Source: Schmidtea polychroa (lineage: Eukaryota). From it: 64,000 nt of DNA. Below are positions 1 through 9,027 of the stretch, one piece after another. The first letter of the stretch is position 1. Each line of letters opens with the position of its first letter. The notes under the pieces were generated by a model. The model made no database searches. It was not told the origin of the DNA and worked only from the letters and a program-made list of their open reading frames with translations. Location: NCBI GenBank assembly GCA_044892525.1, contig CM097885.1, positions 49,538,001 to 49,602,000 on the forward strand, read 5' to 3'. The position numbers and the translations under genes were made by a program.

Positions 1-105
1 AGGATGATTAGGTGCTGATATACGAATATTCATATCTGCTAAAATATATTATAAATTAACATATTATAAAAAACAAAATTTACCAATTCGGTTTCTTTGT
101 ATCAT
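1..105 (-). CDS. Putative spliced Maverick accessory gene running off the left edge (exon 84-105, intron 39-83, exon <1-38; MIQRNRIADMNIRISAPNHP...)
   Basis: 45-nt GT-AG intron keeps the frame open to the window edge; CCAATCAG box at 213-222 upstream. Start codon uncertain. Confidence 0.4.
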
Positions 106-629
106 TCTCTTGATATCTTTTGAAATGTTCTTCATTGTAAGTTTTGTCTAAAAGTGACGAAAAAATGAAAAACATAGAATATATATCACGTTTATTACAA
201 ACTTTATTCACGATCCAATCAGAATCGAGGAATATATACAACACACATACATACTACTGTGTATCATTTACGCACTCACCGTGTAGGTATGTATATCAAC
301 TACTCACCATGTGCATGAATAATGAGATGTCTTTGTCGTTTAACAAAGACACTACGTGACTATTTCAAAAAGGTAAAACATGACTAGTCATTGTAAATAA
401 CTTGCACATTAATTGCAAATAATAATAATAAGAATATTTATAAATAATAATAATAATAAATTAAAATAAATTTAATTATCAAAATTGTTCATTAATAAGA
501 CGACATTTTTACAATAACATGTATTAAACAAAATTATACATATAATAATAATAATAATATTAATAATAATATTAATAATAACAATCACAACAACAAAGGA
601 AATGATACATTTATTAAACATCAAATTTA

Positions 630-1097
630 TTAAACATCAAATTTTTTGTACAATAACCAAGCTAAACAATGTTGACCACATGTTTGGGTCAATGGATTTT
701 GAAACATAGTTTTATTATACACAATAGGTTTTCCCATTGTTTGTAGTTTTGATATCAACAAAGCTGGGTAATAAAAACCCATAGGATCGAACACGAATAT
801 ATTACCAGGTTTCACGTATATAGCTATCCAATGTTCTCCACCAAGATGAGACGATTGAGTATTGACGATTATTGCTTGATTATTGCTCAAATATGGAATT
901 TTATCAAGAGGAAAAACTCCAACAAATTCATTTCCCAATATCTGTTTTCCGATTTTATTGACCTGAACAGAACTTCTTAAATAAATCCAGAGTATAAAAA
1001 ACAACTTACTCCATGACAACTTTTTGTGTTTCTGTTTACATTTATACCAACACAGTTCTATTTGCAGTAATTTGAACTTCATTTTCAAATACTCCAT
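630..1097 (-). CDS. Adenain-like cysteine maturation protease (Polinton PRO); true start uncertain
   Basis: FVGVFPLDKIP, GEHWIA (His), FDPMG (Asp), FQNPLTQTCGQHC (Gln/Cys) motifs; adjacent to MCP. Confidence 0.88.
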   Translation of the reverse strand: MEYLKMKFKLLQIELCWYKCKQKHKKLSWSKLFFILWIYLRSSVQVNKIGKQILGNEFVGVFPLDKIPYLSNNQAIIVNTQSSHLGGEHWIAIYVKPGNIFVFDPMGFYYPALLISKLQTMGKPIVYNKTMFQNPLTQTCGQHCLAWLLYKKFDV

Positions 1098-2265
1098 ATA
1101 TTATAACATGTACTGGTTCAGTAATAGCTTTTGCAAACTTTATATCCAGTCGTAAATTTCCATTTTGAGGTAATTGACTTTGATTTAAATCAAAATCAGG
1201 GGCTAAAACAAATGTAAAAAATGGGTATTTGCTTTTAAAATCTTCTAGAGTTATTCCGCAATTCAAATTTTTATCTAAATAACCCAGATTTCTAACAATA
1301 CTCTGCATATATGTTGCACAGTAATTGTCATTCTCGAAATCTTGAATATATGTTTCTCTATAATCAGTATTTTTCGACAAAGTCAATGATGTAACACCAA
1401 AGTTTTTGAAAATTGAGCTGGACGCAGTATATGATCCATTATATTGTGCTTCACTTTGAAATGTTATCAGAATAAAATTAGGCATTCTTCTGTCACCAAA
1501 TATTTGTTCTTTATAGAATGATGAAGCACCTTTAGCAATAGCAAATTGTACAATTTCCTTTGTTTTTAATGGATAAATTGCATGTTTTGAATTAAGACCT
1601 AATTGATGACCTGCTAATACTGAGGGGTCTACTCGTACTCTTCTCACCAATAATTTTGCATCAACTAATTGACATATTGGTGTAGTAGTTGCACTAGTAA
1701 GAGATAATGCAGAATCAGACCTTTTCAGTCTAATATGTACATTAACTCCCGGTAGTAAATATTTTGGTTGATCCATAAAATCAAGTTGTAATGATGAGCA
1801 CATGGTGTAAACCTTTGAGCCTTTAACCCACTTTTTTCTTTCATCATCTGCTGCTGCATAACCCATAGGAGTAAGGCATGTATTTTTAGTATCGGAATTG
1901 TAATTTAAAATAGTTTCTATTAATGCCTTGTGAATGAATGTATTATTTCCGCCCTCAATCTTGATATTATTAAATCCCAACACTGCATCTTTAAACAGAG
2001 TATGAAACAGGAAATTGTTCGGTATTACATCTGCATTGGCATCCAAAACTTTTCTATCTTTATCTACAACCTTAATCTGAACAGTCAATAAAGTATCGTT
2101 CAAATCTAAATATTCAGTTTGCGAACCATTAATATAAAACTCGATATCATTTCTACTATCTGTAATTGAATTCATAGGAAAAACTTCCTCAAATGCCCCA
2201 AATTCTATTACAGCCTGGGGCGACGGTCTCTCAAATATACATAATTCAGATTTACCACAAATCAT
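1042..2265 (-). CDS. Major capsid protein (double jelly-roll; Polinton PY/hexon-like)
   Basis: 407-aa intact ORF with typical N-terminus SELCIFE..PQ..IEFYING..EYLDLNDTLL; located between core gene and protease. Confidence 0.85.
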   Translation of the reverse strand: MICGKSELCIFERPSPQAVIEFGAFEEVFPMNSITDSRNDIEFYINGSQTEYLDLNDTLLTVQIKVVDKDRKVLDANADVIPNNFLFHTLFKDAVLGFNNIKIEGGNNTFIHKALIETILNYNSDTKNTCLTPMGYAAADDERKKWVKGSKVYTMCSSLQLDFMDQPKYLLPGVNVHIRLKRSDSALSLTSATTTPICQLVDAKLLVRRVRVDPSVLAGHQLGLNSKHAIYPLKTKEIVQFAIAKGASSFYKEQIFGDRRMPNFILITFQSEAQYNGSYTASSSIFKNFGVTSLTLSKNTDYRETYIQDFENDNYCATYMQSIVRNLGYLDKNLNCGITLEDFKSKYPFFTFVLAPDFDLNQSQLPQNGNLRLDIKFAKAITEPVHVIIYGVFENEVQITANRTVLV

Positions 2266-2630
2266 TTTGCAAATATAGTTCCATGTCCTTTCATTCGTTT
2301 GTTTATACGTGATATTCCATGTCTTTTACGTTTTGGAACAGGAGCTGGAGCTGGAGATTTTTCTTTTTGAAACATACCTGCAACCCCTGGTAAAACTTTC
2401 CCTAATTCAGCTAAAGCATTTGTTTTTAGAGATGGTAATATTTTCTGTTCATTCATAATAACGTCTTTTGCAGTTTTCATACCAAAACTACCAATACGTT
2501 TAAGAATAGGCAATGCAAATCTACCAATTGTTCTCAACCATCCCGATCCGTACTGTTTACCAATAAAATATGGTAATTCGCCACCAGATTGGCTACCACT
2601 ATACATACTAATAATATCAGAATTTGCCAT
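2262..2630 (-). CDS. Small basic virion core/cement-like protein
   Basis: QSGG and QYGSGWLRTIGRFALPILK motifs, C-terminal KRKRH basic patch; ATGA overlap with MCP start. Confidence 0.6.
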   Translation of the reverse strand: MANSDIISMYSGSQSGGELPYFIGKQYGSGWLRTIGRFALPILKRIGSFGMKTAKDVIMNEQKILPSLKTNALAELGKVLPGVAGMFQKEKSPAPAPVPKRKRHGISRINKRMKGHGTIFAK

Positions 2631-3690
2631 CTACTTTACGAAAATGTAATGTCAAATGAGTTTTTGAACCTTTTGGAAAGTTTATAAGTTTTCCACTATC
2701 ATCACGAATATTTATTTCTATATTGTTTATACATGAACTTGCTATTGGTAAATACATGGGATTATCGATATTTATATTGACAACTTCATCATGTTCATAT
2801 TTGCCAATCCATACCGATTTCAAAAGAGGAACACTGGAATCACCAACAATTATGGGTTCGATAATGTTAGTATATATGAACATTTGTTGATGATGTTCTA
2901 GTATTCTTGGTTTGCGTATACCAGTCGATTTTTCTCGATATTTTTGCTTATCTAATCCAAGTGAATTTGCCAAATTTTTATCAAATGTAACTTCGCAAAT
3001 ATCATCATTCAAACTGAAGGTAAACATCAAATCTTTCACAATTTCCAAATTTTTAAATATGTGTGAACAATTGAACTTTAAATATTTAAGTAAATTATCA
3101 AGTTTATCAAAATATAATTCATCAGCAAAGGTAAATGATTCTTCAACTTCATCATTATACGACACAGATATTTTGATTTCTTCTTTCATTACACTGTTTG
3201 CTTCAAATAGATTAAAACGTAATAAATACTCGGTCTCCGTAACAATATTTTTCAACTTATTGCAACCCATTCGTTTGGCATCTTCAATAGTTTCGAATGT
3301 TATTGTAAATGGTTTAAAATCACAACTGATATTTAATCCATCCTTGTAAAACATATAGCAATGCGAATCTAATATTTGATTCGGAATATGATATGTTTTA
3401 TCATAATTACTGATAACAAAGATACCGCTACATGTTTTCACAATATTCCTTTTGAAATCAATCTTACATTGACTATAAAATGGGAATGTGTTGTACACGA
3501 ATGTAAAATCTTGCAGTGCAACTTCCCAATCCCCATTTAAAGAAATCGGATTCTGGAGATTGACCATGAATTTACTGGCTTGATTGTCTGGATGAATTAA
3601 TGGGCAACTATTGCTCGGCAAAATAGTATAAAAATTCACTTTACTAGGTCTTTTGCTGATATCCATGACGGGTTTTGATAACCATGCCAT
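2617..3690 (-). CDS. Minor capsid protein (penton, Polinton PX-like); start probably near 3639-3666
   Basis: NFYTILPSN N-terminal motif, W.VAL..F, C-terminal FIYTNIIEPIIVGDS.VPLL and THLTLHFRK motifs. Confidence 0.8.
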   Translation of the reverse strand: MAWLSKPVMDISKRPSKVNFYTILPSNSCPLIHPDNQASKFMVNLQNPISLNGDWEVALQDFTFVYNTFPFYSQCKIDFKRNIVKTCSGIFVISNYDKTYHIPNQILDSHCYMFYKDGLNISCDFKPFTITFETIEDAKRMGCNKLKNIVTETEYLLRFNLFEANSVMKEEIKISVSYNDEVEESFTFADELYFDKLDNLLKYLKFNCSHIFKNLEIVKDLMFTFSLNDDICEVTFDKNLANSLGLDKQKYREKSTGIRKPRILEHHQQMFIYTNIIEPIIVGDSSVPLLKSVWIGKYEHDEVVNINIDNPMYLPIASSCINNIEINIRDDSGKLINFPKGSKTHLTLHFRKVDGKF

Positions 3691-4811
3691 TTGACATAGT
3701 ATTGTTTATCCTTACCGACCTTTTTAGTTTTCAATATTTTTTGAATTCTAAATACTTTTGGGGGAGGAATGACTTGTAATTCCTGCTCATAAAATTTCCC
3801 CTGTACAATATTATTATCATTGTCTTTGATGACATACATTACAGGATTCTGTTTAGTATTTATTTTTGAAATTACAAAGACTTCATCACTCCAATTTGTA
3901 TCAAAATTTTTAATAAATGGTGATGCACTAATTTTACTAATTCTAACATGGTCACCGACTTTATATTTAGGTTTTGCAATTTTTACAGATTTCTTAGAAG
4001 TCAATGATGTTTTTGATGTAATATCAACCGGTCTCAATCCATTCAGTCCTCGATGTGATGAATGATTATAACTTGTTATTATTTTCGGTAAAGCATTTAC
4101 CCATTTTTTATTACCTTGATGCACGAACAATTTCTTTAATCTATCTCTCAATGTTCGATTAAATCTTTCAACATGGGCAGCTTTGTATTGAGAATGTACC
4201 GAGTAGTGATTTATTTTCAGTTTATCGAGGATTTGCTTAACTTTGCTATTGNNNNNNNNNNNNNNNNNNNNNNNNNNNNNNNNNNNNNNNNNNNNNNNNN
4301 NNNNNNNNNNNNNNNNNNNNNNNNNNNNNNNNNNNNNNNNNNNNNNNNNNNNNNNNNNNNNNNNNNNNNNNNNNNNNNNNNNNNNNNNNNNNNNNNNNNN
4401 NNNNNNNNNNNNNNNNNNNNNNNNNNNNNNNNNNNNNNNNNTATTAGGATGTCCATCTTTAAATAAAATATTAATTGCCTTGGACATTTCTTCTGCAGAT
4501 TTTGCCTTGACTGGTATTGCTCGTGCAAACCTGCTGTATACATTAATACATGTTAAAATATATTTATTCCCATTGTTAATTTTCGAATAAGGTATCATCT
4601 CCATCAAATCCATTTGCCATAAATCGTCAATACCGAATGTTTTATACGCTCTTGTTGGAAATCTTTTCCGCATTGGTTTGTTCAAACTGTACGCAAGCTG
4701 ATCTGATAACCACTTCTGGGTTTCTTTTTTCGAATTCGGAACTCTTTTGTTTAATTTTGCCACTCCACCGAAACCGGCTTCGTCTTCTGGGTTCGTCCAA
4801 ATCTTCTCCAT
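3636..4811 (-). CDS. Retroviral-like (rve) integrase with C-terminal chromodomain; interrupted by N gap 4252-4441
   Basis: LWQMDL, YILTCINVYSRFA, AAHVERFNRTL; YKVGDHVRIS; chromodomain IQKIL...YYVKWHGY..PSWI. Likely start ATG at 4811 (MEKIW). Confidence 0.92.
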   Translation of the reverse strand: MEKIWTNPEDEAGFGGVAKLNKRVPNSKKETQKWLSDQLAYSLNKPMRKRFPTRAYKTFGIDDLWQMDLMEMIPYSKINNGNKYILTCINVYSRFARAIPVKAKSAEEMSKAINILFKDGHPNXXXXXXXXXXXXXXXXXXXXXXXXXXXXXXXXXXXXXXXXXXXXXXXXXXXXXXXXXXXXXXXXNSKVKQILDKLKINHYSVHSQYKAAHVERFNRTLRDRLKKLFVHQGNKKWVNALPKIITSYNHSSHRGLNGLRPVDITSKTSLTSKKSVKIAKPKYKVGDHVRISKISASPFIKNFDTNWSDEVFVISKINTKQNPVMYVIKDNDNNIVQGKFYEQELQVIPPPKVFRIQKILKTKKVGKDKQYYVKWHGYQNPSWISAKDLVK

Positions 4812-4872
4812 TACAACAAGAAGATTTAAAATTAAATTTAATGTCGGGCAATGAAGGATTAGCACCCATTGT

Positions 4873-5406
4873 TTATGTTTGATTTCCTACAACTCCACCT
4901 AATAAGGATAATGCCAGAGGTATTAATGCACCAATAAATCCACCTTGTTGTTTATATATAATTTTCCTCATTTGCTTACGATTTTTATTATTTACTAAAG
5001 ATAATAATGGTTTCCTATGTTTGCTCAATAAATGCTTTTTTGATTTACTGATTTTAATTTTGCCTTTGACTACTTTAAGTATAATATTAAGTAAATCATC
5101 GACAACAAAATTTGGGAATGATTGCAATATATTCATTCTTTTCATACTCGGGGCCTTTAACAATGCATTAAAAAATGGAAAACTGCGATGATTTTTAACT
5201 ACTTTTTTACTAGTTTTACGGGTTTTACGGGTTTTACGTTTAGGTTTAGGATTTTTAGAAATAAGATTCATTGCAGAGAAATTTTCAGTTACAAGTTTTT
5301 TAGATGGTGTATAACTAGTTGTTGGTGGAACTATTGGAACTTTAATAGTCTTTCTAATACCTTTTCTTAATTTCTTAATATTTTTCACCCTTGCTTTTAG
5401 AAACAT
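4873..5406 (-). CDS. Lys-rich basic protein with C-terminal QQGGFIGALIPLALSLLGG segment (conserved Polinton-type virion protein, function inferred)
   Basis: 177-aa intact ORF between integrase and ATPase; very basic N-half, GG motif followed by hydrophobic/amphipathic tail. Confidence 0.6.
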   Translation of the reverse strand: MFLKARVKNIKKLRKGIRKTIKVPIVPPTTSYTPSKKLVTENFSAMNLISKNPKPKRKTRKTRKTSKKVVKNHRSFPFFNALLKAPSMKRMNILQSFPNFVVDDLLNIILKVVKGKIKISKSKKHLLSKHRKPLLSLVNNKNRKQMRKIIYKQQGGFIGALIPLALSLLGGVVGNQT

Positions 5407-5427
5407 TATTATTATTCGTAGAGGTTT

Positions 5428-6054
5428 TCAACTTTGTTTATAAACCATGGCACCTTTTGGGTTGAAAATATCTGTTTTTACACGTAAATCATCGGGACAT
5501 TGTTGTGTGAAATCAAGAAATATATATCCATGAGGTATTTTTGTAGCATTTTGAAATGCACTGATAAGAAATTTACGATTGTTAGGGTATGCTTGACGTG
5601 CAAGAAAATCAATCACTGTTGCATCTCTAGGATTCTTGAAAATAACTAAATATTGTACATTTAAATTACGTGTTCGATGTGCCCCACCTTGATGAAATAG
5701 ATTTTGTGTTATGAAAATAACTGTTACACCGACATGTCTGCTGATCTTTGTAAATAAATTATTAAAATCTTTTTCTTTATTAGCTTCTTGATACAAATCA
5801 TCGATAATAATGACATCACCTTTCTTTAATCGGCTGGACCAGTTTTTATCGAATCCCTTTACTATTTTCATGTTTTTTAATTTACAGAAACTTGATTGAG
5901 TTAATCCATGTTCTTCATCAGCACCCCTATGCCAATAAATCCTGTTGAATTTTGATTTGAATAAATTTGATTTTAGTAATTTACAAACAAATAATGTTTT
6001 TCCACTACCACTCGGACCAACGATTTGGTATACTGCATCATTTCTTAATTCCAT
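5428..6054 (-). CDS. DNA packaging ATPase (A32/FtsK-HerA family)
   Basis: Walker A GPSGSGKT, Walker B IIIDD, SRH motif, IFITQN motif. Confidence 0.92.
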   Translation of the reverse strand: MELRNDAVYQIVGPSGSGKTLFVCKLLKSNLFKSKFNRIYWHRGADEEHGLTQSSFCKLKNMKIVKGFDKNWSSRLKKGDVIIIDDLYQEANKEKDFNNLFTKISRHVGVTVIFITQNLFHQGGAHRTRNLNVQYLVIFKNPRDATVIDFLARQAYPNNRKFLISAFQNATKIPHGYIFLDFTQQCPDDLRVKTDIFNPKGAMVYKQS

Positions 6055-6153
6055 TTCAAAAATTTTATATATGTATATTTGTTTATATTCAATGATTTAA
6101 TGAACTCGTGCTCAATTTGTATATAAAGACTAATTTTCATAAATGATTTAATA

Positions 6154-6591
6154 ATGTTAGCAAATATAAATTATCGAGGAAATTTTGATGTATCGAATAT
6201 GAGGTTCCCACCAGGGAAACCCCAGCAAATTATCGATAGAAGCGGGAAATATCCGATAATATTTTTCAAGACTGGTAAATGTCGAATCATGGGATGTAAG
6301 AAACCTTTGGATATTAATAAATTACAATATCGAATAAATAATATTATAATCCAATCAATTACCGTTACTATGGATATGGGACATAGTATCAATCTATATA
6401 ATATGTCGAAAAAATGTGATTGTATGTTTGAACCGGAATTGTTTCCGGCACTAAGACTATTAAAATATAACCCTATATGTGTCAATGTGTTTGCTAGTGG
6501 AAAGGTTGTCATGCTTGGGTTGAGAAATTTGGAGTATAGAGAATTTGTTGACAATGTTCGAAATGAGATAATTTCATTGGTTGATTTCTAA
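6154..6591 (+). CDS. TATA-binding protein (TBP)-like protein, element-encoded
   Basis: Both TBP half-repeats recognisable: IIFFKTGKCRIMG (cf. LIFSSGKMVCTG); IQSITVTMDMGHSINL, FEPELFPAL and VNVFASGKVVMLG (cf. IQNMVGSCD, YEPELFPGL, LIFVSGKVVLTG). Confidence 0.85.
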   Translation: MLANINYRGNFDVSNMRFPPGKPQQIIDRSGKYPIIFFKTGKCRIMGCKKPLDINKLQYRINNIIIQSITVTMDMGHSINLYNMSKKCDCMFEPELFPALRLLKYNPICVNVFASGKVVMLGLRNLEYREFVDNVRNEIISLVDF

Positions 6592-6672
6592 TTGGTTAAT
6601 TTCTTATTGGTTATTGATTGATTTAAACAAACTGTTTATTGTTTAGAAATCATTTATTCAAAAAAAAAAAAA

Positions 6673-7080
6673 ATGTACAAAATTCCAAGTGCAGCTCGTT
6701 TAATTAAAGAAATAGATGATTATGGTAAATTTTTTATTTTTTGTTTACAAATTTAAATATTATATTTTTCAGAAGAATATGCTGCAGTCATGCTAAAGAA
6801 GTTAGCATTCTATTATCCAGAAATCAATGCAGCAGTATACAACAAGCCTGCAGAATTAATCCCCGATTTGGTGTTCAATGCGACGGGGATATGGATGTTC
6901 GAAATTTTCCATCAATTTATGTGGGATGTGAAGATAAATCGAACAATTAAACATATGGATCCAGAATATTTATGTTACAATAGCTGTTCCTGCTGCAAAG
7001 CTAGATATCAGCGATATGTAGAATGGGTTTTGGTTAAAACTCTTCGTGATTTCCACCATATCAAGAACTTTGTGCATTAA
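6673..7080 (+). CDS. Hypothetical spliced accessory protein, 119 aa (exons 6673-6724, 6773-7080), Cys cluster CYNSCSCC
   Basis: 48-nt GT-AG intron 6725-6772 joins MYKIPSAARLIKEIDDY-E in frame to the 6790 ORF. Confidence 0.7.
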
Positions 7081-7414
7081 ATGTTTTTAACAAATAAATG
7101 TTANNNNNNNNNNNNNNNNNNNNNNNNNNNNNNNNNNNNNNNNNNNNNNNNNNNNNNNNNNNNNNNNNNNNNNNNNNNNNNNNNNNNNNNNNNNNNNNNN
7201 NNNNNNNNNNNNNNNNNNNNNNNNNNNNNNNNNNNNNNNNNNNNNNNNNNNNNNNNNNTATAACAAAACATGTAATAATTAAAACATTAATAGTAAAAAA
7301 CATTAATAATAAAACACATAAATAATAAATCTGTAAATAGAACATATAACAAAACATGTGACAATGCAACATCAATGCATTTTGAATGCAATTTAAACAA
7401 AGACATATTGAAAT

Positions 7415-7450
7415 CTGATTGGATGATAGACACGAGTCGAAGGTATAAAA
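7415..7450 (+). promoter_or_regulatory. Reverse CCAAT box (CTGATTGGAT) plus TATA box (TATAAAA 7444-7450)
   Basis: Canonical spacing 35 nt upstream of ATG 7485. Confidence 0.6.
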
Positions 7451-7484
7451 ACCCTGTACCATTTCATTTTAATCATTATTCACG

Positions 7485-7898
7485 ATGACCAAGAAAATTT
7501 CAGGCACCGAAAAACCGAAAGAAGAACTTGTACAACCGGTTCAAATGTTCCACAACTACAAAATGTATTTTTTAAAAGAAGAAATCAATATGAAATTGGT
7601 TGCACCGGTCAAGCTAATTCCAACTCAATTTCAATTTTTATCCGGCACGCTTTCAATGATAGATGTTAAAACTATTGATGATGTTTTCAAACGGTTAAAT
7701 TCAAATCTAGCATGTAATCAACATGCATGGTTCAACAATAGATATGCAAGATTTTATGATTCTTTTGATGAAATCAGTTTCAAAGAAAACGAAAATTGGT
7801 ATATAACAATTGCAATCCAGGGATATAAAGTTGATAATAATGATGTGTATTCTCCTATTTGGAAAATTATGTCTGCTAGACTTTCACAGCTATTTTAA
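7485..7898 (+). CDS. Hypothetical protein, possibly OB-fold ssDNA-binding protein
   Basis: 137-aa intact ORF with own promoter; C-terminal pattern ITIAIQGYKV...SPIWKI resembles viral SSB beta-strands (weak). Confidence 0.55.
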   Translation: MTKKISGTEKPKEELVQPVQMFHNYKMYFLKEEINMKLVAPVKLIPTQFQFLSGTLSMIDVKTIDDVFKRLNSNLACNQHAWFNNRYARFYDSFDEISFKENENWYITIAIQGYKVDNNDVYSPIWKIMSARLSQLF

Positions 7899-8047
7899 TG
7901 TTCTATTTAATGTATTTAATAAATGTATTAGTCATATTTGTTTTTCTCTTTATTAACAAAGAAATTGCAACATTAATGCAAATGACATGCAAATTTAACA
8001 AAGAAAATCTATAAACAAACTTACAATATAGTTTTAAAGTGATAAAA

Positions 8048-8431
8048 ATGACTGCGGAAAAAGGTTAACATGATTAATTAATTAATTACCGAATTATTTG
8101 TTATTATTTAGAATTTGTAATCAACTTTTTGTTGGAAAAATTAGCAGAAATAGCTGGTGTAAAAATTGAGGACATATTATCTGTAACAAATGCATTAAAT
8201 ATCGGCTGGGTAGTTGAGAGTCAAGATTCAGGATTTGATGATCAGGAAGAAGAAACTCAAGAAACTGATACTCAAGAAATTGATGAGGAAATATATGAAC
8301 CCATAGATGAACCTATAGATGAACCTATAGATGAACCTAAAGATACGGAAAATATTACGAATGATTGTATTGATCATGTTGTTGAAAATGTAATGAAATG
8401 TGGAGATGACGATTGTGAATGTGTTAATTAA
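8048..8431 (+). CDS. Acidic spliced accessory protein (exons 8048-8063, 8112-8431) with DEPI repeats and Cys/Asp tail
   Basis: 48-nt intron 8064-8111 gives MTAEKEFVINFLLEK... in frame with the track ORF at 8129. Confidence 0.7.
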
Positions 8432-8500
8432 TAAATTTTAGTTAATTATTTCTTATACTTTCTTATATATTTATTTAAAAAATAAAACAACATAACTATA

Positions 8501-9027
8501 TCAATTTTTATTTAAGAATCTAGAAATTACATAGAAAATAGCGACACCTGTTGAAAATTTAATAAAGTTTTTAAATCTTCTTTTATACTGATCGATTTCC
8601 TTAGCATTTCGGGCGAGTTTTTTCAATGTACCCCATCCGCCATTGGCTTCTATCCATGGAGTAAATTTAGATTTGATTATCTAAAAAATCAATATTATTA
8701 AAATATAGATTATAAAAGTATTACTTCTTGAGACCATTGATAATAGTGTTGTGAGTCCCATGAACTTTTTTCAATTATAATCTTCATATAAGTGAACCCT
8801 ACAATTATTCGGGTCCACTTCATTTCGTCATCGAATAGACAATTGAATATTCTATTGAAGTAGAACTTCTTCGTCTCCAGACACTCCATATCCAGCATGT
8901 TTTGGTAATCAATATGATTCCCCTCGATGATTTCTTCAGTACGATTAATTAGGTAACTGAGGCTTTCCGTAATGCCTGTATTGACGACCTCATTTAACAA
9001 GTTGTCGATAAAATTAGTTTGCGACAT
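8501..9027 (-). CDS. Bcl-2 family protein, 160 aa, spliced (exons 8725-9027, 8501-8680)
   Basis: BH1-like CLFDDEMKWTRIIVGFTY; after 44-nt intron 8681-8724, BH2-like PWIEANGGWGTL and C-terminal anchor FIKFSTGVAIFYVISRFLNKN. Confidence 0.85.

Noticed and set aside
4252-4441. Apparent ~60-aa insertion in the integrase core
   Set aside because: It is an N gap; homologs need only the short second-Asp motif here, so the gap size is probably overestimated.
2912-6554. ORFs 2912-3349, 3820-4065, 4637-4882, 5188-5370, 6171-6554
   Set aside because: Antisense shadows of real viral genes with no motifs.
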